64,000 nt of DNA from Flaccisagitta enflata (taxonomy: Eukaryota). The stretch's first letter is position 1. Each line of letters starts with the position of its first letter. The stretch covers positions 40,672,001 to 40,736,000 of the forward strand of contig OZ231126.1 of NCBI GenBank assembly GCA_965153355.1. Reading direction: 5' to 3'. Of this stretch, positions 36,831 through 51,075 are shown piece by piece. The notes under the pieces are model-generated. The model saw only the letters and a list, made by a program, of their open reading frames with translations. It searched no databases and had not been told where the DNA came from. A program made the position numbers and the translations under genes.

Positions 36831-39531
36831 AATATTTAAATTGATGAGGATGGATGGTAACTTTTAGTAAGCTCCTCTTCTACACATTCTCACGCCGATC
36901 GTGGAGTGTTTTGACGACGGGGGTTTGAACTCGCTCCGTAGTCCATTCGCACTCCGACAATTTTTTTTCAGCCCAGCGCGGCGGAACCGTCTGCTCGCCG
37001 AAATCGAGCAATGAGGTTAACGGAACGCGGCGCAGGTTGTAGGTTGGAAACAAATGAGCATGATCCGGTACGATTATGATTGCCAAATTTTGCATTTAAT
37101 ACCTATTAACAATTACTTTTCCGGAAATGTATTCATCGTCAACCTCCGTCCCGACGCCATTTGTAATGAGAACCCAACTTAGTGCCTAGAAGGTGGATCT
37201 CGTATATGCAGCCAATCACAACCAGTCAAACCAAATTTTTCAAGCCAATTGAGGAAATTTATTTTACTGGCAACGTCATTAAGCGAAACTTTCAGTGAGG
37301 CGGTAAAATCCATGGTAACCATGGTATCCATGCGCTCCGCTCCGTTATGCTGCGCTGCGCTGTGCTGTGCAGTAAATAGTCCTGTCTTGAGCTTGTTTAA
37401 AGCGGCAAATTCATTCCTATGGACTCAGGGAGTAGGTTTCGAGTACGCAAAACCCCCAAAAAGATGGTCATTCATGGGATATCAATAAAAACGGCTTCCT
37501 GAGAAGCTCCACCAATCTTGGCCGGCTGCTGCTTTAACAATCTATGTAATGATTTGTCCCACGCTCTTCAACCGATCGACAGCATCCCTACCTATAGGAT
37601 CCGATGAACTACGCTCTCACACTTGGAAATTTTTCTTTCTCCTCCTCCTCCTTCTCCTCCTACGCCCCCCCCCTTTCCCCCGCCTCAGAATCTAAACCTC
37701 AGTTTCTTGGCTCAAATCTAATTCACGAGGCCCAAATCAGCCTCCAGGAGTCAATCCGAGCTTCAAATCTCGGTCTCGGTCTGGGTCACAGGCCAGAATC
37801 CCAACCACGAGGCGGACGACACGCTTAAACTTACGCTGAGAGTAGTCCCTGCTAACATCTTTGTCCAATCGGCCGTCATTTGTCTTTTTTTATGATTCAT
37901 GCTAATAACATGCAGTCCATGTTAAATTCTATATTCAAAATGAAATCGCTGGGATTTGTACGCTTTCAAATCTTTCTTCCTAAATACCACAGACACTGAT
38001 GAAAAATTCACCCCTTAAAGGCAAAAAGATAAACCATACATATTCGGCATTCCTTCTTATTATGTGACCAACAGACATGACCCGCGGCTCTAGGTAAATT
38101 TACAGCCACACGCATACATGAATAAAAACTCGTGCCGCTGGGAGAAGCTAAAAAGGGGTCTTACCCTGCATATTCCATGAAGTTTAGAATTTCCTTTGTT
38201 TTGTTTTTTTCTTATTTTTTTCTACTAAGTTAAGAGTGAAAACGATTTTTGATGAAATCCCCTGAAAGACAATGACTTCATTCTTCTATCTTACATCACT
38301 CCTTGATGTTTAAGAAAATCATTCTCTTTTTATTCAATAAAAGAGAATATTTTGATGGAAAATTAGATCAGAGAAAGGCGGTGAAATCAGAAGTTCCGAA
38401 TGCAACATAGCTGCCATGGTTTCAATGGACAAATCTTTTCCCGTCACGAGGAAAAATGGGGATGGCTTGCAGCTTTGCTTGGCAATTCCTTCGGGCTTGT
38501 TTAAAGAATGCGCAAACGGTTTTGTCTTTTTTCGCTAACGATGCGTGTTGGGCCTTTAGGAGCACTTAAAAGCTTCGCACAAAGAAAAAAAATGGTTGCT
38601 GTTGAAATTGCAAAGATGGCAAACACCTGCGACATTCAGAGGCGTCCATCATAATGGCAGCAAGGGCAACCCTTTTTTTTTTTGGCTGTGACAATTTTCG
38701 CCGTCTTTAAGGATGGCTGCCACGCCGCGTCTTCTTTTCCTCTTCTTTTCCTCATCCTTTTTTTTTTTGGTATTTACAATAGAGAGCCAACATCGTAATA
38801 ACATGAGTGACATTTTGGGACATCCATCACAATTCCATAAATCTCATTCTTTCCTTGGGCTGTTCCGGGCAGAATCAGTTTGTATGTCGAACCTTGGTTT
38901 GAAAATTGATGTTTGCTGTGATTAAGTCTTTGATGTAAGATGTCAGATGTGCTCAAACCCAGCTCATTTCCTAACCTACAGGCTTCAGCTATACATAACT
39001 GAAGTCACCTTTTTACAAGTACAGGTGGCATAGGCTCTTGTTCGTGATGTTATGTTGAGGCAGCAGGTATTGTACTGCTTGGGAATGGTGCTGTATGGAA
39101 ATTGGCCAAAAACCCTCGTTGTCAAGATTAAAACGGAAGAAAAGAGATTGAATTTATGACAATCTCAGTTGAAAACGCTGGCCAAACAAATTCTAGTTGC
39201 ACCTGACTTGAGAAAAGTGTAGTGCCAAGAGGAGAAAGTTACCCACATGACCAATTCAACACCCGTTACCTGACCTCGGGGACTAGTATCTTAGCTTTTC
39301 GAGCCAGGAAATGAAAGTGATAATGTGCCATATGTATACCCGGGTATATGGAAATCAACTCATGTATGATAGGTGGAACAATATCCCTCAGTAAACCCAA
39401 AATTAAAATTATGGAAGAGGGCCTTGTGAGCCCACTGACTAGTTACTACATGCATTACTCCTAGTTTTCCATCTAGCAAAACTAACGTAGCATACATCCA
39501 TACTGAGTCTAACCCAAAACACTACTGCTTA

Positions 39532-40133
39532 CAGTGGGGTTCGTGGAATAACAGCCTAAACTGGAGGAAGGTATTTAAGTGTCTTAGTTTCATTTGACAA
39601 ACTTGATATTTGGAATATAAGTTGTTCACTTGATGCTTTTGTCCCTGAGTTTTTCGGTTGCTATGGAAACCAAAATTATTTTTTTGAACATTTATAACAA
39701 CTAGAATATCGATATTTTGACAAATATTATCAGGGAACATTGCTCAGAATTAAATTTGCTACAACTTTCTCACAGTATGTGCTGTATGAATATTGCTCGT
39801 TTAGCCGTTGCTAGGGAGCATCATTTAGCGGTTGCTAGGTGTGATGCTCCCTAGCAACGGCCAAACGAGCAATATTCTTACAGAACATACTGTGGGAAAG
39901 TTGTAGCAAATTTAATTCTGAGCAATGTTCCCTGACAATATTTCTCAGAATATTGATATTTTAGTGGTTATAAATGTTTGAAAAAATAATTTTGGTTTCC
40001 ATAGCAACCAAAAAACTCAGGGACAAAAGCATCAAGTGAACAACTTATATTTCAAATATCAAGTTTGTCAAATGAAATTAAGATACTTAAATACCTTCCT
40101 CCAGTTTAGGCTGTTATTCCACAAACCCCACCG
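39532..40133. mobile_element. Tc1/mariner-type foldback MITE
   Basis: TA|CAGTGGGGTTCGTGGAATAACAGCC ... GGCTGTTATTCCACAAACCCCACCG|TA; ~290-bp arms, near-complete palindrome. Confidence 0.92.
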
Positions 40134-40572
40134 TACCAAAATAGCTAAGGGCAAATGATTGTTACCTGTTTTACCAAAATTCAACAAATCACCCGAGGGT
40201 AACATTGTTAATAAACCATACCTTGAAGGATAGAATCGAGGTCAAGCTTAATGCGACCGCCGGACACTCTAATCCAAGGTACTGAGTAGTATGACAGGTG
40301 GAACAATATCCCTCCCCATCTAATAGGCCATCGGCCCTTCGGGGAAGGCTCCTCTTGTCCGGAAAGTCATTCACTGCACTGCACTCCACTGTATTCAACT
40401 GGACAAAAAGACAACATGATTTGAAATTGTAAGGCAATTTTGTTTTCAATTACTAACTTTTGGCGCTTCATTCTTTTTTTTTAGGAAAATTGATCCTTGA
40501 GGTGGAAAAAAAATGCGGTAGCAAAAAGAAGCAAAAATGTGACGCGACGACTCTTGATGGAAGGGGAAGGGG

Positions 40573-40677
<105 letters not shown>

Positions 40678-40870
40678 GCGTTCCCCCGGAATGCCAATTC
40701 AAGATATCAATACAGCCCTGCCCCTAGATAACGGCCCCATGGGGACCCTTCAAATTTGGCCTTTATCACGGGGCACCGTTATCATGAAATGCTATTTGGC
40801 TAACTGATTTTTTTTTACCATAGCATCCACTACTTCCAAATTCAATTGGTAATTGAGTGTTTCTTCTTTT

Positions 40871-40999
40871 TTTAGGTGCGACAAAGCACCTCTACAACTG
40901 GCTGTGTCCGTCGGTTGGTTGGTCTGTCGGTTGGTTGGTCTGTAACGCATTTGTTCGACAATCCACAACGTCGCACCTATTGGCCTACTTGGCCTTGTT
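40871..40999 (+). mobile_element. Minimal HINE family A variant (~130 bp)
   Basis: AGGTGCGAC ... GTCGCACCT subTIRs, GGCC-TACTT-GGCC hairpin, CTTGTT end. Confidence 0.75.
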
Positions 41000-41514
41000 T
41001 ATGAATAAGTACAAATGATTTTGATGATTTATGAAATGTATGCAGAATGACTCAAGATATTATGTACAAACAAATGTATGGCCCACAAGCTAAAAATTGC
41101 ATGATAGTGGGTTAAGTAGATGTGCTTGAAGGAAGAGAAGTGAGAAAAGAAATTGTCAGTGACATTACTGAATTGTGAAAAAATAAGATTAAAGCAGATT
41201 TTTTTGCAATGCCTCTGATTAAAAAAGAAAATTAAAGCTTAAAAGTCCAATGCTGATTTTGTATTGTGAAAAATCAGAAGAAAAAAAACTGAAAGCAAAA
41301 TCGGAAGACACAAGGACAGACTGACAGAGACAGTTTGATGAAAAATTAGAGTTAAAGAAATGATCAAATGCTTGTTGTAAAGAGAAAACCAGTTCAAACT
41401 AATGCTCTTGACTCTTATCCAGACCTGTCCAATCCAATGAGTTTTATGATTTGTCATACTGTATTTAACAAAAAAAATTTTTATGCTATGGTAACTCATA
41501 ACTCATAATTTTTT

Positions 41515-41560
<46 letters not shown>

Positions 41561-41566
41561 GGTCTT

Positions 41567-41771
41567 CAGTCTATTTGCTGTTATCAAAGAGTTTAGAGTC
41601 ATTTTGGCACAAAATATTTGACCGATATTGGCGATTCACCGCTAAATGCGTGCCCGTTATCTAGGGGTAATTTAGCATTACAAAAGGCCAGAAAAATTTG
41701 GGACCTCAGCTTGTTGTACACTAATGGCGGGTTGCCGTTAATGGCGTTGTCATGGAAGCGGGGTTCCACTG
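41567..41771 (-). mobile_element. pogo/Tigger-like MITE (inverted copy of 51592-51799)
   Basis: Ends GGAAGCGGGGTTCCACTG|TA; body matches the reverse complement of 51592-51799. Confidence 0.75.
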
Positions 41772-41823
41772 TAGTTTCTACTTTAGACGTCACTATGGAA
41801 AACGTGTGTTTAATTCAGCTGTT

Positions 41824-41984
41824 AACAAGGCCGGATACACGGCCAATACCAGTCGCGGACGGGTGGGCAGTGGCGGAAATGCGTGTTTTCACACTTTCCA
41901 ACTCGATCACCACGGACCAACCAACCAACCGACCGACCGACGGACGGACAAAGCCTCTTATAGAGTCGCTAGTCCGCGACTAAA
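41824..41984 (-). mobile_element. HINE family A variant (AGTCGCGGA subTIR)
   Basis: AACAAGGCCGGATACACGGCC ... AGTCGCTAGTCCGCGACTAAAAA. Confidence 0.8.
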
Positions 41985-42184
41985 AATGGGGAACAAAGCT
42001 TCTTTGGCTTGCCCTTATGCCAAACACAGTTAACGATCAATGGAAAAAACTGCAACGGACAAACAAAATCTCTTGTTCCAGACAGCTTTTTTTGTGCTTC
42101 TACGCTCATCTTTACGAGGCTGTACCTTACGGTCGAACTGTCTCTGTCTGTCGGTTGGTCGGTGACAAAAACGTTTAATTTTAA

Positions 42185-44232
42185 AACAAGGCCAACACCT
42201 ATAAGTCGCGTGCAGGACAAAAATAACTGAACTGACCTGACTCCTTATTGTATCTTTTTATCGAAAATCAGACTTAAACGCGACCCAAAAAGACCCAAAC
42301 CAGACTCAAACCAGACTCAAACCAGACTCAAACCAGACTCAAACCAGACTCATGCCAGACTCAAACCAGAATTAAACCAGACCGAAACCAGACCTAAACC
42401 ACACATAATCCAGATATAAACCAGATTTAAGCCAGACTCAAACAAGACTCAAACCAGACTCAAACAAGACTCAAACCAGACTCAAACCAGACTCAAACCA
42501 GACCCAAACCAGGCTCAAACCAGGCTTAAACCAGGCTCAAACCAGAATCAAACCAGACTCAAACCAGACTCAAACCAGACTCAAACCAGACTCAAACCAG
42601 ACTCAAACCAGACTCAAACCAGACTCAAACCAGAATACAACCAGACCAAATCTAGACCAAAACCAGACCAAAACCAGATCTAAATCAGACCTAAATCAAA
42701 CATAAACCAGACAAAAACCAGACATAGACCAGACCTAAAGCAGACCTAACCCAGACCTAAACCAGACATAAATCAGACATGAACCAGTCTTAAACCAGAC
42801 TTAAACCAGACTTAAACCAGATGTAAACCAGACTTAAACCAGACGTAAACCAGACTTAAACCAGACTTTAACCAGACTTAAAACATACTTAAACCAGACT
42901 TAAACCAGATTTAAACCTGACTTAAACCATACTTATCTTTGATATTATCTTAACCAGCAGACTTAAACCAGCAGACTTAAACCATTAGACCAGCAGACTT
43001 AAACCATTAGATTTAAACCAGCAGACTTAAAACAGCAGACTTAAACCAGCAGATTCAAACCAGCAGACTTTAACCATCAGACTTTACCCAGCAGACTTTA
43101 ACCAGCAGACTTTAACCAGCAGACTTTAACAAGCAGACTTTAACCAGCAGACTTCAACCAGCAGACTTTAACCAGCAGACTTTAACCAGCAGACTTTAAC
43201 CAGCAGACTTAAACCAAAAATGACCAAAAATGACCAAAAATGACCAAGAATGACCAAAAATGACCAGAATGACCAAAATGACCAAAGATGACCAAAAACA
43301 ACCAAAAATGACCAAAGTGACAAAAAAAAAAAAAAAATGACCAAAAATGATCAAAAATGACCAAAAATGATCAAAAATGACCAAAATGACCAAAAATGAC
43401 CAAAAATGACCAAAAATGACCAAAATAACCAAAAATGACCAAAAATGACCAAAAATGACCGAAAATGACCAAAAATGACCATAATGACCAAAAATGACCA
43501 AAAATGATAAAAATGACCAAAATTACCAAAAATGACCAAAAATGATCAAAAATGACCAAAATAACCAAAATGACCAAAAATGACCAAAAAAGACCAAAAA
43601 TGACCAAAAATGACCAATAATGACCAATAATGACCAAAAATGACCAAAAATGACTAAAAATGATCAAAAATGACCAAAAATGAACAAAATGACCAAAATG
43701 ACCAAAAATGACCAAAAATGACCAATAATGACCAATAATGACCAAAAATGGCCAAAAATGACTAAAAATGATCAAAAATGACCAAAAATGAACAAAATGA
43801 CCAAAATGACCAAAAATGATCAACAATGTTAAAAAATGATCAAAAATGATCAAAAAAGGCCAAAAATGACCCAAAATGACCAAAATGACCAAAATGACCA
43901 AAATGACCAAAAATGACCAAAAATGACCAAAAATGATTAAAATTGATCAAAAATGACCAAAATTGACCAAAAATGACCAAAATGACCAAAATGACCAAAA
44001 TGACCAAAATGACCAAAATGACCAAAAATGACCAAAAATGACCAAAAATGACCAAAAATGACTAAAAGCAACCAATAATTCCTAAAAACAACAAAAAAAT
44101 GACTCAAAATAACCCCAGACGACCCAAAAAGACACAAAAAAGCAAAGTGTTACCGACGGACCGACTGACGGACCAACCGACTGACCGACCAACCGACGGA
44201 GCGGGTTGTAGAGTCGCGTGCACGCGACTAAA
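42185..44232 (-). mobile_element. HINE family A copy with a ~1.8-kb compound internal satellite
   Basis: AACAAGGCCAACACCTATAAGTCGCGTG end and GTAGAGTCGCGTGCACGCGACTAAAA end enclose (AAACCAGACTC)n, (TTAACCAGCAGACT)n and (AAAAATGACC)n arrays. Confidence 0.75.
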
Positions 44233-44931
44233 AATCCGAGGCTCATTCATCATAAGAGCTGCACCAATGTAATCTTTCATTCATTCATTCATTCATTCAT
44301 TCATTCATTCATTCAATCATTCATTCATTCATTCATTCATTCATTCATTCATTCATTCATTTATTTATTTATTCATTCATTCATTCATTCATTCATTCCA
44401 AAAAACGTTCATTCATGAAAAACGTTCATTTATGAAAACGCACGTTCATATTTTCTTGATGAGCCATTACTTGGCCTTGTTTTTCTTAGTTTGTTTCAGT
44501 CGTATTCGTTAAAACATTATTTTACTGTATCATCACCCCAGCATCGCCAACTGTATGCCTCCAATATTTTAAGAGGAGATCTTCTTTCCAAATGCACAAT
44601 CGGTTGTCAAGTTAAACTGACCGACGAGTCTATCCCACTTTGTGTTTGTGTTTTGTTATGCGCAATTACGTGTGCTTTATGAAATGGAAACCAGTGATGA
44701 TAAAAGAATGAATGGATTGGTATTTGCTTGACAGCTGGTCATTGTGGTTTTAAACGATCCCCGGTAAACAACATTGAAGTTGGTAGGAGGAAGGGGAAGG
44801 AGGAAGAAGGAGAAAGCGGAGAAAGAAGAGAAAATGAGAGGTAGGGAAGGAGGCTGAAAAAGAGGAAGAAGGGGAATATGACGAATCTTTTTCCGTCTTT
44901 AGAGAATTTGTATCAAAGCTAGCATTTCTAG

Positions 44932-45091
44932 AACAAGGCCGGATACACGGCCAAGTTGCGGACAGGTGGGCAGGGGCGGAAATGCGCGTTTTCCCACTTT
45001 TCGACTCGATCATTACGGACCGATGGACGGACGGACGGACCGACGGATGGACGGACAAAGCCTCTTATAGAGATGCGTGTCCACAACTAAA
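44932..45091 (-). mobile_element. HINE family A variant
   Basis: Same ends and (GACG)n tract as 41824-41984; further partial copies follow to about 45440. Confidence 0.75.
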
Positions 45092-46174
45092 AACTAGCAT
45101 GACAAAAAATAAACGTAGCGTAAGGGGGATACAATATCGTCGCGGACAGGTGGGCAGGGGCCTAAACCCCCTTCCATACCCCCCTTACGCACATACACAC
45201 ATCAACGCACAGTCGAATACAGTAATACACATTGGGCACTTTTCTACTCTTTCCAATCAGCGCGTTATGAACGGACCGTCGGATCAACAGACCGACGGAC
45301 AAATGGACAGACGGACAAACCCTCTTGTAGAGAAACAAGGCCGTATACACGGCTACCTAAATCGCGTGCTGGTGGGCAGGAGCAGTAATGCAATAATCAT
45401 CGGTAATTGCCAAAAAAGTAAAGTTTGACGGACCGACTAGAAATAAGAAAAGGAAATAAATGAAAATCAGATGGCACCAGGCTGAATTTATTGCTATCAA
45501 TTCTTGTTTTAGTCATATAGCTCTTAATCACACTACTAAATTATGCAAATCAATTTCAGATGTTTTGGACTAGGCAAGCTTGCTAAACAATCTTGTTCTT
45601 GCTTAGAGAGGGGAGAGGAGGAAGAAAGGGAGGAAAGAGAGAGAGGGAGGGTGGAGCAGGAGCTGATGAAGGAATAAAAAGGTGGGAGGGAATGGAATGC
45701 AAAGAAAGGGAGGGAACGAAGGAAAAATATATCCGCACTTTTTTGCTTTTGTTTGTACGATGTCGCGGTCGCCATGAGATTTCACTCTGAGACGTAATGA
45801 TATCATGACATGTCACACAGACAAGTTCGTATCTTGAACCAGAGGTCATCAGCTGTCATCTTGACAAAAGATATCATAAAATGACGCAGATGCTACAGGA
45901 CGACATGCTGTGACGATATTATTAGACTAGCATGTGCGCGCAACAAACAAAAAGAATGGAAATACTCAGACATAAATCAGTCGAATTATTTTGAAGACAC
46001 CCGCCTGCACAAATCATTTTTCAACGTCAACTTTCACAAAAACAACGATGGGCTTGGAGCTAAGTTATTGGGCGTGTTTAAGACCACTACAAGTGACTCT
46101 GGAAATTCAGTCGCTTCCCAAACTGGTGCTCTGTGCGCAATTGCAGCCTTATCCATCTCCTTCATTTGATCAAT

Positions 46175-46631
46175 CCTTCATTCCAACATTCATTCATTCA
46201 TCCATTCATTCCTTCATCCATTCATCCATTCATCCATTCATCCATTCATCCATTCATCCATTCATCCATTCATTCATCCATTAATCGACATGTTTAATGA
46301 ATCGATTTATCGATTTATCCATTCATCCATTTATCCATTCAGCCATTCATTCATTCATTCATTCATTCATTCATTCATTCATTCATTCATTCATTCATTC
46401 ATTCATTCATTCATTCATTCATTCATTCATTCATTCACTCATCCATTCATCTATTTATCCATTTATCCATGAATCGACATGTTTAATTGATCAATTCATC
46501 CACTCATTCATCGATTCATTGATTCATCCATTAGTTCATTCAGTCTTTGATTTTTTTCATACAACTATTCATTCATCTCTCTCTCTGCCTCTCTGCCTCT
46601 CTGTCTCTATGTCTCTCTCTCTGTCCCTCTC

Positions 46632-46720
<89 letters not shown>
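46175..46720. repeat. (TTCA/TCCA)n and (CT)n microsatellites
   Basis: Directly visible; similar (TTCA)n at 44276-44400. Confidence 0.95.
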
Positions 46721-46724
<4 letters not shown>

Positions 46725-46985
46725 TATGCCTCCATTGCTGAGTAGCCTTTCAAGATGCAAGAATGTGCTTTCAATAAAGGCGAAGGTTGTCCTCATAGGT
46801 CCCGAGGAGCTTGAACTCACTAAAGGCCGAAGGTGGCTGAAGAAGATGAGGAGGAAAAGGTTGAAGAAGAGAAGGAGGAGAAGTAGGTGGCAGAGGTGAC
46901 GGAGGTGGCCTCTCTTGTCAGGACTAAGATGTCAAAACCTTTCAGCTGTTCGCAGAAATGAATTTGTCGTTAACGGCACGTGCAC

Positions 46986-47324
46986 TAGGGTGACCTAAAA
47001 TATGGTCAAATCCAAATCTCGTCTTCCTTGCGGGGGAAATGTGACCATTTCCATCATAGATGGTAACTCTAAAATCTGGAGATGATCAGACAAAGTTTAC
47101 TCATGGCCGCAACCCTACCCCATTCCCATTATAAAAGATAGGAAGCTGCAGAGGCCAAAATCCTTCCTGTACATTTTCTATGGGAAATGAGGGGGGGTTG
47201 CGGCCATGAGTAAACTTCATTTGATTGCCACCAGATTTTAGGGTTATCATCTGTGATGGAAATGGTATCATTTCTCCCGCGAGGGAGACCAGATTCAAAT
47301 ATGACCATATTTTCAGTCACCCTA
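46986..47324. mobile_element. hAT-type foldback MITE
   Basis: TAGGGTGACCTAAAATATGGTCA ... TGACCATATTTTCAGTCACCCTA; perfect 8-bp TSD ACGTGCAC. Confidence 0.92.
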
Positions 47325-48385
47325 ACGTGCACACCATTTCTAGGCCGTACCCGAGGCCATAACTGAGAATAAGGCCGGAGCTAATGCCGGAGCTGAGACC
47401 GAGGCTTGTTGTGGTTCATACCAAGTTACATCTACGTCCATGCCCGGTCAATGGCACACTTACTTCATACAAAGACGAATAAAGCAATACGAATTCAAAA
47501 AAGGCGCAATTCTAAACCGGTGGACAGACCGACCGACACAGCAACGTGTAGGGTCGCATGTTCGCGACTAAAAACATTAAATTCAAGTCACTACAGACAG
47601 CAGTGGTGAATATAACCATGAGCAAAAAAAAAACCGTACATTGCTTATTTCTACAATAACTTGGCGCTGTACATAAAATCTGTGACCATTTTAAAGAGCT
47701 TCAAAAAATCTTTGATATGAGTCGTTGAACGAAATTCTAACTTGAAAACTCTAGAAGATATGTTAATTCAAAAAAAAAGTATCAAATTGAAATCTGCCAG
47801 ATATGACATTTTTTACTAACTTGTATTTATGGACTATGTGTCTTTGGTTGATTACCATTTCTAAACGGATTGACTTGAAAAGGTCTGCTTGGCGCCATTT
47901 TGTAGATAATAAGTTATATTTTCATTTTCTCTTAAATTTTTCTTAGTTTCCTTTCGTCAAATATGTTTTTCATGCTTTTAAAGACAGAACTAAAAGAACT
48001 GAATCCCTTCAATTGACAGATTATGGGGATGCTTACTTCAAACGGTTGCCATTTCTAAACGAATTGAGCTACAACTTTCTGCTTGGTCTAGATTTGAAGA
48101 ACTTTCAAAGACTTTTCAAACGGTCACCGATTTTTTATATTTTCATTGAAACCAAGCCAGTCAAAGGCATCAAAAACCGCCATGTACGGTTTTTTTTGCC
48201 CATGGTTAATTCATGTTTCTTACCCTGTCCGATTTTTTTCAAGGATTCAAAATCTCTTAGTCATCGTGCATATTTGTAGAAAGATGAAGATCTTATTTTG
48301 AAAAAGTAATTTCCTCTTGTCACAAGGCAACAATATCGGGTCATGCTTAAACTCGGTTCATTTAAAGGCAGTTTAAATTCTCTCC

Positions 48386-48458
<73 letters not shown>

Positions 48459-48699
48459 AGAGAAAGAGAAAGAGAAAGAGAGAGAGAGTCCTCAATTTCG
48501 TGTACAATCAGGTTTCTCAAAAAATGAGAGAGAGAAAAAAGAACATAATCTCCGAGAAATAGTAAAAAAAAAAAAAAAGAACTTAAAAGTTATCTCTTTC
48601 ATACTCCACCTTAGTTCAACTTTCTTCCCACACGCGGCGCTTTTCATCACCACAGTTTAAAAAAGAAAAAAAAAAGAAAATAAGACACGTTTGTATCAG

Positions 48700-48874
48700 A
48701 ACAAGGACAACACCTATAGGTCGCATGTGAGACTTAAATAATGACTTAGAATGACTTAGAATGACTTCAAGAAATAAAATTGATAAAAAAAAGTGTGATG
48801 GATCGACAGACAGACCGATGGATGGGTGGACGAACGGACAAGGCAGGGTGTAGAGTCGCGTGCACGCGACTAAA
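48700..48874 (-). mobile_element. Short HINE family A copy, same subfamily as 42185-44232
   Basis: AACAAGGACAACACCTATAGGTCGC ... GTAGAGTCGCGTGCACGCGACTAAAA with only a few GACTTAGAAT units. Confidence 0.8.
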
Positions 48875-50380
48875 AAAAATATGCAGTGGAAATGTATGTG
48901 GGAGGTATGAAATTCGACGAAAAAGAAGGCCCCTTTGAAATGGTTTTTTGACATTTGTCTCATTTTATTCTCTTTTGCACTTTTCATCATCACAGTTTTT
49001 AAATAAAGAAAAATAAAACCCGTTTGCATCTGAAAACGAGCTCTAATGTTGCGAAACTATGAATCATGAGACACGAGATAAAAAAAAAACATGAATGGAA
49101 AAGAAATTACGGAAAAATAAAGTATCGTGTCTCCTTCAGACCCGGCTGCAACCTCACGTTGGTCACTTAGCCAACGTCCCAAAACCAAATTGCCAATCCG
49201 TGTCCGAATCTGAGCTGACTCCCTGTCCCAGTCCAAGTACGAGTCCAAGTTTAAGTACGACTACGAGTTTCAGTACTGGTTCCAGTTCTAGTTCTAGCTC
49301 GAGTCCAAGTCTACGCCTATGTCTAAGTGTTTTTTAAATCAAATTCTAAGCATCTCAAGTCCCCAGGTACAATCTGGAGTAGTTTTCTGATACAACGCAC
49401 TCACTCCCCCCCCCCCAGATAAAGGGAGCCTAATAGGTCTTAAGTTAGGGTTCCATATTGGGTTCGCGTCTGTCTCCCGTCTGAGTCAAAGTCTCTAAGC
49501 GTCGTCTTAAATCCGAGTTTCGATATTCTAATATTCCGTTAAAAAAGCAATTAAACGCTCGAGTGCTTTTTCCGACTGGATTACATTCAGAAAACTTCTT
49601 ACCATCTTTCCTCCCTATGAAATTAAAGATAGAAATGGAATATTGAAAAAAAAGAAGAATCATGAAATTTGGAGAAAAAAATAAGGAAAAAGAAAAGAAA
49701 AGGAAAAGAGAAGGAAATTTTTTGGCGGGAATTGGAATGTAGATAAAGAGGACGAAAGTTGATGTCAAAGCATCAAAAATTTTAAAGATAAAAACTCATG
49801 GGAAACAAGGCCGAATACACGGCTACCCCAGTCGCATGCAGGTGGGCAGGGGCCATATTTGAAGTCACTAGACCAAAAAAGTCAATAAAACAAAATTTAT
49901 GATTGTGGGATTCCACTAAACCTACCCTGCGCGGATGGATGATGAATGTAAAATGATGTATGGCTGATGAATTTGTCTGCGACTTCTGAAATTTAGCATA
50001 GTCCAACGTGTTACGAGTTCTGCGTGTAGTCATTTTTATCAAGAGCTGTGCTTATTTGCATATTTGCCATTGCTAGATCTTTAAAAACGAACCAAAACAA
50101 CCAGGAGAGTGTTGTCGTTGTGAGTTGGGCAACGGTGGATACAAATTTTTTTCGAAAATTCTGAAACGACGCGATATTCAAGGAAAAATGATGTTCATTC
50201 AAATGCATTTTTAAGAACATGGCCTGTTTCTTATAAGTGTTTAGAAAGATGCCATGTTTTTCAAAATGCAAAATTTTGCATTCAGAGACAGATTTTGTTT
50301 TTCACGTGAGACATGTCAATGCACAAGAATCAATTTTCATTAAAAATCCATCAATTTTGCATCCTTTATTTCACTTCTCC

Positions 50381-51075
50381 TTAATCGGGAAAAAAGTCGA
50401 AGTCTGTCTTTGACTTTTTGACATATTCGAGAGAAACAGGGTTTTCATTTTCTTATGCGGAAGTTGGGGCTCTCCTAGGGCGGATTGGGGCCTCCAATGA
50501 AATTGATAGGGTAAGTAAATTTGATAATTCTCTTTCATTTGGCGCCAAGCAGAATGCTCTACGACAAATACGCGCTATGATTTTTTAAAGATTTATTTAC
50601 AAAAAATTTGAATGGAATTTTTTTTTATTTTTTTTTATTTTGTGTAGGATCAATAAAAGAGTGTATTTATGTTTACTTGAGTATGCAAATACAAAAAAAG
50701 ATGTTTACGAGCACAGCTGCTCATCTGTGAGGGTGTTTTTGAGCATTTTAGCTCATTCAGCTCACTTAGCTTGCTTTTTTTCTTTGATTTTAAACAGGAT
50801 TAAAAAGATGTTTTGATTTAAGCATACAAATACAAGAAAGCATGTCAGTGAGCAGAGCTGGTTGTCTGGTTGAATTATTTTGAATATTTCAGCTCATCTA
50901 GCTCATTTGACTCAGTCCTATTACTCTCTGATTTTCAGTACAACCAATGCAAACAATTGCTTTTGATTTGACCTGACAAATAAAAAAGATTCAGTGACTG
51001 AAGATAAAAGCATGGTGAAAAGTCACCAGTGCTTATGACTTTTTTCCTCACGGCGACAGCCGCCATTACTGGTAA
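50381..51075 (+). mobile_element. HINE family C copy inserted into another repeat
   Basis: Colinear with 31716-32487; both termini present. Confidence 0.8.

Noticed and set aside
43196-44137. VIFGHFWSFL-repeat ORFs resembling membrane proteins
   Set aside because: Translation of the (AAAAATGACC)n satellite in several frames.
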